Notes: a model not told the origin generated them from the letters alone. A stretch of DNA of 59,745 nt, filler included, from 5 parts of 5 records of this genome joined end to end with filler, not necessarily neighbours in it; one strand, 5' to 3'. Counted from the whole stretch's first letter, positions 44,001-51,664 are shown. A program made the numbers and translations.

Positions 44001-45731
44001 TGTCTTTTCATTTTCATCTTTTATATCTTTATCAACACCGGAATTAATCAAATATTCGGCAACTTTTATATTATTTCGCATATAAGCATAATGAATCGAT
44101 GCATATCCATCTACTTTTATATTAATTACATCTTTAAATTCATTAGCAATTTCATTAATAATCTCAGTATCATTTTTTTGAATACAATACACAAAAAAAC
44201 TCGCCTTCATATCTTGATTTTTAGCTAGAATTTTGAGGAGTTTTCCTGTTAATTTTCCTTTAGAAGCTTCAATTAATTCATATGCAGTTTTTCCATCTAC
44301 TAAAGCCCCATTATCGAGCAATCGCTCACTCAACTCAACAACTTTATTTTTATCTTTTTCTCTCGACATTAAATCTGATAAAATAGTATATTTTTCTGCC
44401 TTTTCAATTTTATATCTATTCTCTAGTAAAAATTCAGTAACCTCATAATTTTCGTTTTTTATTGATAAAGAAATTAGTTTTCTTCCTAAATTTTTCTTAT
44501 AATAATCAGATATTTTACCCTTCTTAGCCATTATCTGCAAAATCTCCATATCTCCACTTTTAACAGCATTATAAAATACAGATTCCCCTTTATTATTTGT
44601 TTTATGAATATCAGCACCTTTTTCTATAAGATTTATAACAGCAGTTTTATTTTTATTTTTTACTGCTATCCATAATGGAGTTTCTCTAGTTTTATTTTTT
44701 TCCTCAATATCATAACCCTTACTAACGATATAGTTAATTACTTCATTATTTCCTGATTTAACGGATTTATGAAGTAAGTTATTCCCGGTTTTATCAACAT
44801 CTTTACTTGTTATTCCAGCTTCAATTAATAATTCAGTTGTTCTAAGAGATAGCTCTTCAATATCATCAATAAGAAAAACATGATTGTTTTTCCTTCTTAC
44901 TTTTTCACCTTTTGATAAAAGTAGTTTTAATATTTCAGGACTATTTGATTTAATTGCATAATTTAATGCAGTTTTATTGCTTCTATCGACTTTATTTACT
45001 TTACCGCCATATTGAAAAATAGTCTTAACAAATTCAATATTTCCTGATTCTGAAGCAATCATAAGTGCTGTTTTATTTTTCGCATCAGAAATATCAGCTT
45101 TTTGAAACTCTTCAATTGATTTTTTTGCTAGATTATACTCTTTATATTTCGAGTATAGAAAAAAAGTATCTGAGTTTAGTTTTACAATTGGATAAATAAA
45201 TATTATCAAATTTCCAACACAAAAAATTCCTGTAGCAAATATCTTTTGCAATTTTGGTGTAAACTTCTCTTCAAACGGAAATGCTTTAGCATATTTATCA
45301 AAATTTCTTTTCAAAAGTATAAACGCTACAAAGAGCATGATAATATTTAAATTCAATATAATAATATTTTTACTTTTTATAACTGGATACGACCTTCTAG
45401 CCATATCTTTTAGATATCCTATTTTAATAAATGAGCTTTTCTTTGGAGTTAAAATTGGAATTTTATAATCTACATTATATTTTTTACTATTCGCAATATA
45501 CTCTACTTTTATCCATTTTCCATTACTCTCTTTTACTCTACCAATAGTAAACTCATCACCGTTTTCCACCAATACATTAGAAATATTGAAAATAGCAAAA
45601 ATAAATAGTAACATTAAAATAATTTGAAATACTCGGTCAATTAACCTAATGTCTTTAAATTCCATTCCACAGTTTTCACATGCCAAATTTGCATTAGCAT
45701 TTTCAAAACCACATCCCTTACATTTTTTCAT
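41007..45731 (-). CDS. Giant ankyrin-repeat membrane protein with N-terminal zinc ribbon
   Basis: CxxC..CxxC N-terminus, three hydrophobic segments, many 'G.TPL/TAL..A' ankyrin repeats. Confidence 0.88.
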   Translation of the reverse strand: MKKCKGCGFENANANLACENCGMEFKDIRLIDRVFQIILMLLFIFAIFNISNVLVENGDEFTIGRVKESNGKWIKVEYIANSKKYNVDYKIPILTPKKSSFIKIGYLKDMARRSYPVIKSKNIIILNLNIIMLFVAFILLKRNFDKYAKAFPFEEKFTPKLQKIFATGIFCVGNLIIFIYPIVKLNSDTFFLYSKYKEYNLAKKSIEEFQKADISDAKNKTALMIASESGNIEFVKTIFQYGGKVNKVDRSNKTALNYAIKSNSPEILKLLLSKGEKVRRKNNHVFLIDDIEELSLRTTELLIEAGITSKDVDKTGNNLLHKSVKSGNNEVINYIVSKGYDIEEKNKTRETPLWIAVKNKNKTAVINLIEKGADIHKTNNKGESVFYNAVKSGDMEILQIMAKKGKISDYYKKNLGRKLISLSIKNENYEVTEFLLENRYKIEKAEKYTILSDLMSREKDKNKVVELSERLLDNGALVDGKTAYELIEASKGKLTGKLLKILAKNQDMKASFFVYCIQKNDTEIINEIANEFKDVINIKVDGYASIHYAYMRNNIKVAEYLINSGVDKDIKDENEKTLLMYAIENNHQSQINSMFATLKAEESYNEDLNGYSVLSYALRVKNKTFAEKIINLRKESGIKKDTTNDSIFAIYMSENEIAQDLMNADFDNKREMSYIETPLVKAIKLKNIEAVQMLIRNMDVIIEKDRNGTNIVRLYLNNFRDKSVMSVNVLSSLIKKIDKLEYKDAYSILARYKENLLNNVITKLGTINYRDKDGMTFLMTASIMGDLDLIKILIANNIDVSLKNNSEGNFIDIAVAYNEKDIISYMWDYFIEKNVKKDNQDYLKLFTWICQTDNTVLLNKVLDENFDYSLKDKDGNTPLILAVKNNAYKSTELLLKNKSVINEKNTLGETTLIIALKESNLELAKLLITAGADVKSVDDEGNTVLLASMELDNQEFVIELIEKGADVNLVNSYGQNVLLKSIEKQNIEIINYLMDKNINFDTKDYDGNSAVDYASKVNNPDLLVKMLEKISYGNFKNNGNDILGYAIKIKNHKIAEKLISKGAKADVKYRSGKIGLIEAIKNENEDIAKLLIYSGADINLQSNYKEVAIIEAYRRKMYDMVSLMLGKGGKTEVKDGRGITLFDEVKKSRSFNEKNTKIIKEMLVSGYKLSKNEVLDILERSKTEQMIDFLVNNKMIKIDDSIFDFASKSGNLVISDYLIKHNSSYITPLFFYSVKNNNKTLYENLLSKNSDIVNDTYNGQNILHIAAQVDNLEFLKTIYKKLKYQFNNDISDNNGWSPLMYAFYYENYEIADYLLEKDANINKKSKRDRVIIVVDSKTNKSIKKSENYHNSFDILIRKNGLSDYKKYRDYFREQDFNIRDWNGQTTIFKIALNALNQKENRKNQADEMLYLLENGAITTIEDNRGRDLRDIIYKLPNNYSVRTAFIDWDTTRKKEQLIALFERADTDELIQWLETGDNITYRDNNGQNLLMYAIDIKNSQLINYLIGKKIDLNYADNYGDTALMYAAANNYYDVAEKLLLNNTDPNIKNNIGNKAIDVAKFRKMRDLLRKHGSK

Positions 45732-45880
45732 TTCATCCTCCGTTTCCCTTTTAGTATTTTATAAAAAAATTCCCTACCCAACGTTTTAAACTATACATTT
45801 CAATAGACATATCTTATCACATTAGAAAACTATTTTCTAGTTAATTGTATTATAATAATAAAATTATATAGAATTCGACA

Positions 45881-45942
45881 TTTAAAACTAAATAGATCCA
45901 GTAACAATTTCATAATTGTTACCGGATCTATTTAGTTTTAAA
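45881..45942 (-). terminator. Long hairpin/terminator downstream of the HEPN gene
   Basis: 29-bp inverted repeat with one mismatch that is a G-U pair on the - strand transcript. Confidence 0.7.
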
Positions 45943-46511
45943 TTTTACTCTTAAAATACTCTATCTTCTCTTTGCAAATCTTCTCAGTTAGTTCTCTCAA
46001 CACTTGTACTCTTTCAGCTAAATACTCAAGTTCCTCTTTGTTAACTTTGAAGTTTTTATGATATCGTGAGCCTATATAAGCAGATTTCAAGAGATTAAAA
46101 AGTCTCTCTTCCTCAGCTGTGGTCATTGGAAATACTTCTCGAAACCTTTTATCTTCATCACATGCCATCTTAGCTAATTTTTCTATATTATGAATTTTCG
46201 GTTTATAATCAGTGAATACTAGCATAATCGTGAAATAAAAACGCTCTGTGGCTTGATGTAATTCAAAAATGGCGTTTTTTAAGAATTTAATATTTCGTTC
46301 AGCTTCAATTAAATTTAACTCATATACTCTAAAAAATCTCTCTGCATCTTCAAAACTTTCCTCAAAATACTCCTCTGATTTTTCAGCTCTTAATTCATAA
46401 GAGATACTCTGCGGAGCTTTAAGCTCATATTTTTTCCTGTTACTTAAAATATAACCTTCATTATAAACATCGCAGAAGAAGTATCTTCTCTCCTCCAGCA
46501 TCTTCACAATA
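45938..46511 (-). CDS. HEPN-domain protein, probably the C-terminal part of a nucleotidyltransferase-HEPN fusion (5' truncated)
   Basis: 'AIFELHQATER', 'KPKIHNI', 'LLKSAYIGSRY'. Confidence 0.8.
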
Positions 46512-46611
46512 NNNNNNNNNNNNNNNNNNNNNNNNNNNNNNNNNNNNNNNNNNNNTTAATTAATTAANNNNNNNNNNNNNNNNNNNNNNNNNNNNNNNNN
46601 NNNNNNNNNNN
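46512..46611. other. Artificial contig linker
   Basis: Same spacer. Confidence 0.99.
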
Positions 46612-46641
46612 TGAACCCTTGACCCCTACCGTGTCAGGGTA
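46612..46641 (-). other. tRNA-Val(GAC) 3' fragment, interpreted as the attachment site of the element
   Basis: Reverse complement TACC-CTGACAC-GGTA-GGGGTC-AAGGGTTCA gives anticodon arm (GAC), variable loop and start of the T arm; tRNA similarity stops 5' of the anticodon stem. Confidence 0.75.
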
Positions 46642-46769
46642 TCAAAAAACCGCATTTTATGCCCATAAATGAGGCTTTTTCTTACTATGAATACAATATG
46701 TTACATTGCTATATGACTCAGAAGTAAAAGGCGGGAAATAGGCAGAAACAGGGGGATATTTGAGACATT

Positions 46770-46790
46770 TAGTGACCATGGTAGTGACCA
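46770..46790 (+). repeat. Putative integrase arm-type binding sites
   Basis: Direct repeat TAGTGACCA at 46770 and 46782, about 130 bp inside the att core. Confidence 0.55.
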
Positions 46791-46987
46791 AATTGGCATG
46801 ATCAGAGGAACGCCAAAGAACCCAAAAGAATGAAAAGGAAAATAAAACATAGTGAGGTATTGACATGCAAATAATGATGCTTAATTTATCAGAGTAATAT
46901 ATAAAATTTTATTTTGTGAACCGGACCGGCACAGTTCTCTTCTGGGTGTATAGGGGCCGCTGGCGTTCATACCAAACCAAACCAGGG

Positions 46988-47019
46988 ATAGGTATGCATG
47001 CTTTGCGGCCTATTTTTTT
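46988..47019 (+). terminator. Leader terminator upstream of alpA/xis
   Basis: ATAGGT-a-TGCA/TGCG-GCCTAT hairpin followed by a T-run. Confidence 0.55.
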
Positions 47020-47041
47020 GGGAAAATTCAGGAGAAAACAT

Positions 47042-47230
47042 ATGGAAGAAAGAATTGAAAAACGCTGGTTAAATGTTGTTGAAACAGCTCAGTACATAGG
47101 CATTAGTCCACGTACTATCTATAACAGTACAGGTCCGAAAAGCAAAAAACCGTTTATTATTAAACCTAAACGTATAGGAAAACGTTTACTGTTTGATGTA
47201 AGAAAATTGGAGGCGTTCATGGAGCAGTAA
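47042..47230 (+). CDS. AlpA/excisionase-like HTH DNA-binding protein
   Basis: 62 aa 'WLNVVETAQYIGISPRTIYN...PKRIGKRLLFD..KLEAFM'; SD AGGAGA. Confidence 0.85.
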   Translation: MEERIEKRWLNVVETAQYIGISPRTIYNSTGPKSKKPFIIKPKRIGKRLLFDVRKLEAFMEQ

Positions 47231-47474
47231 TTTTTGCATCAATACACAAGAGAACAAAACAATTTAGGTGTTACCATAATAAATTAAATAATATTATTAT
47301 CCTCATATACGCTTATACTGCGGTTATACAGGGAGACCATGCACTAAACAAATAAATTAATGAAATTAATTGCAATAAAAATAATAAATTGGGTTGACAA
47401 ATACATTTTGATGATTACGTTATTATATGTAGTCAAAATATTTTTAACATTTACTTTATTATGAGGTACAGAAA

Positions 47475-47750
47475 ATGACAGAAAAAACACAAAATCAGGA
47501 AAAAATCAAACTTCAGGCTTTGGTTGATGCAACTCTTTATAATAGGTGTAAAATGATTGCCGCGCAGAAGGGGTGGACGATACCAGATCTAATAGAGGAT
47601 ATGATGGAAAATTATGTGGAGGCAGAAGAAGAAAAATGGTTGGATAAAATTTTTGCTGAACGGCTGGAGCAGGCACATGCAGGGGGTAAATTGGATGAAA
47701 TGCCAAATGTTAAACGGTATTATGAAGAATTATCAAAAAATAAAAATTAA
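47475..47750 (+). CDS. Ribbon-helix-helix-like regulator
   Basis: 'KIKLQALVDATLYNRCKMIAAQKGWTIPDLIEDMMENYV' fits an RHH pattern; SD GAGGT; TTGACA at 47394. Confidence 0.65.
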   Translation: MTEKTQNQEKIKLQALVDATLYNRCKMIAAQKGWTIPDLIEDMMENYVEAEEEKWLDKIFAERLEQAHAGGKLDEMPNVKRYYEELSKNKN

Positions 47751-47852
47751 ACACATTTAAAACTATTTAGAATTAAAATTTTATACATTCTCAATGCTGG
47801 CGGGAGTTTAACGGTTGGATAGCCGGTCCTAACGGATTTACACCTCTGAGAG

Positions 47853-47905
47853 AAGCCATGTGAGAGATCAAACGTAAATTTTTGATTTTTCGCATGGCTT
47901 TTTTT
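47853..47905 (+). terminator. Intrinsic terminator in the primase leader
   Basis: 20-bp stem whose three DNA mismatches are all G-U pairs on the + strand, followed by a T-run. Confidence 0.75.
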
Positions 47906-47932
47906 ATGCCTCATGACCGAGGAGTAGAGAAA

Positions 47933-48037
47933 ATGGAAACAGGATGGCCATATCAAAATTTACAGTTTGCCGAGGTGCCCTGTGGGGGGGTCAAGGGTAG
48001 CTGCCCACCAGCTACCTCAGCCTCGGCATTATCCTAG
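47933..48037 (+). CDS. Putative 34-aa leader peptide
   Basis: METGWPYQNLQFAEVPCGGVKGSCPPATSASALS*; SD GAGGAG at 47919; stop 3 nt before the primase SD. Confidence 0.35.
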   Translation: METGWPYQNLQFAEVPCGGVKGSCPPATSASALS

Positions 48038-48055
48038 AGTGGGAGGAAATTGAAA

Positions 48056-49891
48056 ATGAATAATGAACTAACAGATTTTACAACAGATAGGATCAGTGGA
48101 TGGCTAAAACTATGTCCACAGTGGATAAACTGGAAGCCGGTACAACGGGAAAACGGGAAAATCGATAAAATCCCCGTTGATCCGGTAACACTAGAACCGG
48201 CTAAAACGAATGATCGATCGACATGGACAAAATTTTTACCAGCCGTTGAATCCGCCAGAACTAATCAGCTCGGTATTGGTTTTGTTTTTACAGGTCGAGA
48301 CCCATTTGTTGGAATTGATTTAGATGATTGTTTCGAGAATGGGCAACCAAAATCATGGGCAAAAAATTTGGTTGATGGATTTGACAGCTATGCAGAGATT
48401 ACGCCATCCGGAAAAGGGCTGCATATCATTACACGTGCAAAGCTTCCGGGGAAACGGAGACGGAAGGGTAAAATTGAAACGTATGAATCAGGCCGATTTT
48501 TTACTGTGACCGGAAATAGTCTGATTCGGTATATGCGTGACGGTCAGGATGAAATGAATAATTTTTATCGTGATCATTTCGGGGAAGAACCAAAAACGGA
48601 AACAAAAAAACCTGTTGAATCACCTACACACACAGAGGATGAAATACTAAATGGTCTAAAAAACTATGCACCATTTCAGCGATTATTTGCCGGTGATATA
48701 GCAGGATATCCGAGTCAGAGTGAGGCGGATTTAGCGTTATGTAATATGATCGCTAAACGGACACATAACCCACAGGAGATAGATAGTATTTTCCGGGAAT
48801 CGGGGTTGTACAGGGAAAAATGGGATCAGATGCGGGGATCAGAAACATATGGTCAGATAACTATTGATAAATGTTTGGCCGATGCACCACAACTAACAGA
48901 AATACAAATTACAGAATCCAAAATCATCATTAAAACTATTGGGGAATTAATGACAACTAAATTCCCACCGGTGATTGATGTGATTAGCGGTGGAATTTTA
49001 CCGGAGGCAGGCGGTTTAATTTTAGCAGGTGAATCAGAGGCTGGAAAATCAATGCTATCAATGGAAATAGCTTTGAAATTAGCATTGGGCAGACAACTGT
49101 TTGACGGAAATTTACTAGTACCGAAAAAACGTAAAATTTTAGTTTTGCAGTGTGAAAATCCAGAGCCACAGGTGCAACAACGATTATATAGAATGATTAA
49201 CGGAATGAATATTTGTGTCGATGAATTAGAGGATAGAATAATTTTTGCAGACCCACAGACTAGATATGATTTGATGGGGGCGGGATGTATTGCAAACGTT
49301 ATTGATACAGTAAAACAGTGTGAGGCGGATGTTATGATTATAGATCCGCTATCGTCTTTTCATGTGATAGACGAGAATGATAATGGTCGGATGAGGACGG
49401 TATTGGATAACATCACGGCTATATCACGGCAAACGGGTTGTGCTGCAATCGTAATTCATCACTATGGAAAACCGACTGAAAAACGTGCGGATCAATACAG
49501 ATTACGTGGTGCCTCTAGTATCAAGGACTGGGCGGATAGCATCATTTCCGTGACTAGGAGAAAACATGAACACAAACAAATGTTCATGTTGCGATTTGAT
49601 AAGATTCGTCATGGGGTAAAACCGAAACCAATTTTATGTGAACGGGATGAAAATTTTTTATCGGTAGTGACGGAGGTGGAAATGCTGATCACACCAAAAC
49701 AAATACAAGATTTTTTAAAGAAGAATTTTCCTAGTGGAGCGGATACCAAAACTAAATTGTTAAACGCACTAAAAGGGGAATTTGATGTTAGTGATTCTAC
49801 AGCACATAGAGCTATCAATGAAGCGGTGGATATGAAATTTATTAGGGAATTAAAGGGCAAAGGAAAATCAAAAAAATATGTTTCTATGTAG
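48056..49891 (+). CDS. NrS-1-type primase-polymerase fused to AAA_25/RepA-like helicase
   Basis: 'GIGFVF...VGIDLDDC', 'YAEITPSGKGLHII', 'SQSEADLALC', 'FRESGLYREKWD'; Walker A 'GESEAGKS', Walker B 'MIIDP', 'IHHYGK', 'RGASS'. Confidence 0.88.
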   Translation: MNNELTDFTTDRISGWLKLCPQWINWKPVQRENGKIDKIPVDPVTLEPAKTNDRSTWTKFLPAVESARTNQLGIGFVFTGRDPFVGIDLDDCFENGQPKSWAKNLVDGFDSYAEITPSGKGLHIITRAKLPGKRRRKGKIETYESGRFFTVTGNSLIRYMRDGQDEMNNFYRDHFGEEPKTETKKPVESPTHTEDEILNGLKNYAPFQRLFAGDIAGYPSQSEADLALCNMIAKRTHNPQEIDSIFRESGLYREKWDQMRGSETYGQITIDKCLADAPQLTEIQITESKIIIKTIGELMTTKFPPVIDVISGGILPEAGGLILAGESEAGKSMLSMEIALKLALGRQLFDGNLLVPKKRKILVLQCENPEPQVQQRLYRMINGMNICVDELEDRIIFADPQTRYDLMGAGCIANVIDTVKQCEADVMIIDPLSSFHVIDENDNGRMRTVLDNITAISRQTGCAAIVIHHYGKPTEKRADQYRLRGASSIKDWADSIISVTRRKHEHKQMFMLRFDKIRHGVKPKPILCERDENFLSVVTEVEMLITPKQIQDFLKKNFPSGADTKTKLLNALKGEFDVSDSTAHRAINEAVDMKFIRELKGKGKSKKYVSM

Positions 49892-50085
49892 TCATGTGTT
49901 GAAACATGTGCGACTAGTCAAGGCGACGTGACTACATAATTTACTTAATGAATTCATATACTTATCATAGATCATGGCCCGTGACTATTCAAGGCGACAT
50001 GACCACATATAACACATTGAAAATACTACATAATTCTATGTGTTCATTGTTTCTCTATATATATGTTTTTGGTGAACACATAGAA
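49886..50085. repeat. Candidate replication origin (direct plus inverted repeats)
   Basis: 26-bp direct repeat (49912-49937 vs 49983-50008, 23/26 identical); inverted 12-mer (49886-49897 vs 49926-49937); perfect 13-bp inverted repeat (50034-50046 vs 50073-50085). Confidence 0.55.
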
Positions 50086-50199
50086 ACAGAAGAGAATATT
50101 TTTTTCATTTTCTGTGGTCTAAATATGAGAATTATAACCGGGAATATTTTTTCATTTTTTAGATGTCAGTAAAAATTTTTTGAACTATTAGATGGGGAT

Positions 50200-50415
50200 T
50201 TGGGTATGGAACATTGGAGTGATAATTTTAGTTTACATGAAGCAATGAAAATTGGAACTATCGCAGGTTATGAACCGGATGAGGATATATGGGACAAACG
50301 AGATTATATTATTGATCTAGCCTGCCATATCATAGGAATGGATCGATGCAGCCTAGGAACTGGATATGATGAGGTGAATAATTTTTTAGTGTGTGCTCGT
50401 GGTGCCGCTGGATGA
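50200..50415 (+). CDS. Hypothetical protein
   Basis: 71-aa ORF co-oriented with the element; no recognisable motif. Confidence 0.45.
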   Translation: MGMEHWSDNFSLHEAMKIGTIAGYEPDEDIWDKRDYIIDLACHIIGMDRCSLGTGYDEVNNFLVCARGAAG

Positions 50416-50446
50416 TAGCTACATTATAGCTACATTATAGCTACAT
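50415..50446 (+). repeat. 11-bp tandem repeat ATAGCTACATT (about 3 copies)
   Basis: atagctacatt atagctacatt atagctacat. Confidence 0.85.
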
Positions 50447-50555
50447 CGGATGAAATCTGACTCCAAGCACGGCTTGTCTTAGGCCAAGTGTCTCAAAATG
50501 ATACACTTATTAGCAATAGTGTCGAAATATTCGGCAGTTTTCAGTGAGGTGAATT

Positions 50556-50915
50556 ATGACCAATGCAACTTATTTTAACCAAACAGAGAAAATCGACGGT
50601 AGGACGCGTCAGGCACGTGAGGTGAAGAGGTTGAAGGCAGCCCTTACCGAGCATCCCGTTAGTACCGCAAGGGCGATCCTGATGGATTCTGTGGCCCGTA
50701 ACACTTTGATTGAACAACAGATCTATGAGACTGCGATGGGTCAGGGTATGGTTAACGAAAAAGGAAAAATTAATCCATTGATCGAAAAAACCTTGTTGAA
50801 ATATCAAAACGCCTGTAGAACTGCCCTGACACAATTTCTAGCATTGGGAGGGAAACCCGGAAATGATCCAGATGAAAATATTTTTGACGATATATTCGAG
50901 AATGATGAAGATTAG
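50556..50915 (+). CDS. Putative terminase small subunit
   Basis: 119 aa, helical, 'INPLIEK.LLKYQN' segment and acidic tail; SD GAGGTG; lies upstream of terL. Function inferred from position. Confidence 0.5.
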   Translation: MTNATYFNQTEKIDGRTRQAREVKRLKAALTEHPVSTARAILMDSVARNTLIEQQIYETAMGQGMVNEKGKINPLIEKTLLKYQNACRTALTQFLALGGKPGNDPDENIFDDIFENDED

Positions 50916-51380
50916 GTTAGATTAGGTTAAATATGCGGAATCAGATTATGAACACAATAAAACCTATTAATACCCACTGTGACATGGTAGGGGTCAATAT
51001 ATTACCATTAGCTAGACATGATAACGATTATGTCACTGCGAAACCATATAAGTTATAGATATCATTGAAAGGTCTCATAAGCTTGATTATGTAAACTCGC
51101 TATGTTTCTGTGGGTTTAAGCGTGAAAGAATAGCATCATAATACGTCTAAACTAATATATTGTGTGTCATTATTTTATGCCATTTATAGTTGTAACAAAC
51201 ATGTTATATAGTGTTAAATATCGAAGCAGTGGAAAACGGTAAAAGAATAGGTTTGATTATGTTTAATCATGTTCAAGGGCATTTTGAGGTTATGGGGGAG
51301 CCCGACCTGCGAAAACATTTTTTGAAATTTTTTTTTGTAGTACCCCACGCGTAAAATGTAAAAAATAAAAAATTAATAAA

Positions 51381-51536
51381 ATGGAAATACAAAAACCAAA
51401 ATACATGATTAAACATATAGAAATTATTGAAAAATTAGAAAATGAAAAATATTTTATTGATGTGACTAGCAGAAAATATGAACATAAAGCCAGAATTTGT
51501 GGCTATATTGATAAAAAAATGAAAAATGGAGCATGA
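51381..51536 (+). CDS. Possible 51-aa hypothetical protein
   Basis: MEIQKPKYMIKHIEIIEKLENEKYFIDVTSRKYEHKARICGYIDKKMKNGA*; no clear SD. Confidence 0.25.
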   Translation: MEIQKPKYMIKHIEIIEKLENEKYFIDVTSRKYEHKARICGYIDKKMKNGA

Positions 51537-51617
51537 TTTTACATAGATATAGGGCAGATATAATATAGATATACCCGATATAGTACCCATATATACCCGC
51601 AATACCTACCACATACA

Positions 51618-51660
51618 GAGAGCCGAGAGCCCCCATGTGACAGCAGCATTATGGAGGCTC
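51618..51660 (+). promoter_or_regulatory. Com box plus SD-sequestering hairpin upstream of terL
   Basis: GAGAGCC-GA-GAGCCCC (51618-51633); GAGCCCCCAT (51627-51636) pairs with ATGGAGGCTC (51651-51660), which contains the SD. Confidence 0.75.
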
Positions 51661-51664
51661 AACA

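Noticed and set aside
15906-46611. Four identical N/TTAATTAATTAA/N blocks as a biological repeat, and gene neighbourhoods spanning them
   Set aside because: They are artificial six-frame-stop linkers; composition and apparent taxonomy change across them, so cross-linker associations (e.g. HEPN next to the satellite) are meaningless.
46612-46641. Complete tRNA-Val gene
   Set aside because: No D arm or 5' acceptor strand is present upstream on the - strand; treated as an att fragment.
46916-47041. N-terminal extension of AlpA in the ORF track (likewise the 53888 portal, 55711 MCP and 37344 CobW starts)
   Set aside because: Better SD-associated ATGs lie downstream (47042, 53921, 55726, 37476); the extensions in the element run through RNA-structure leaders.
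47848-47857. GAGAGAAGCC at the base of the primase-leader terminator as a fourth Com box
   Set aside because: Only a single degenerate half-site; no bipartite motif.
47987-47998. GGGGTCAAGGGT, a 12-nt match to the att/tRNA fragment
   Set aside because: Short enough to arise by chance and excludes the anticodon-loop crossover region.
49886-50446. CRISPR array or mini-array
   Set aside because: Only two imperfect 26-bp copies and a spacer-less 11-mer; no repeat-spacer periodicity and no cas genes.
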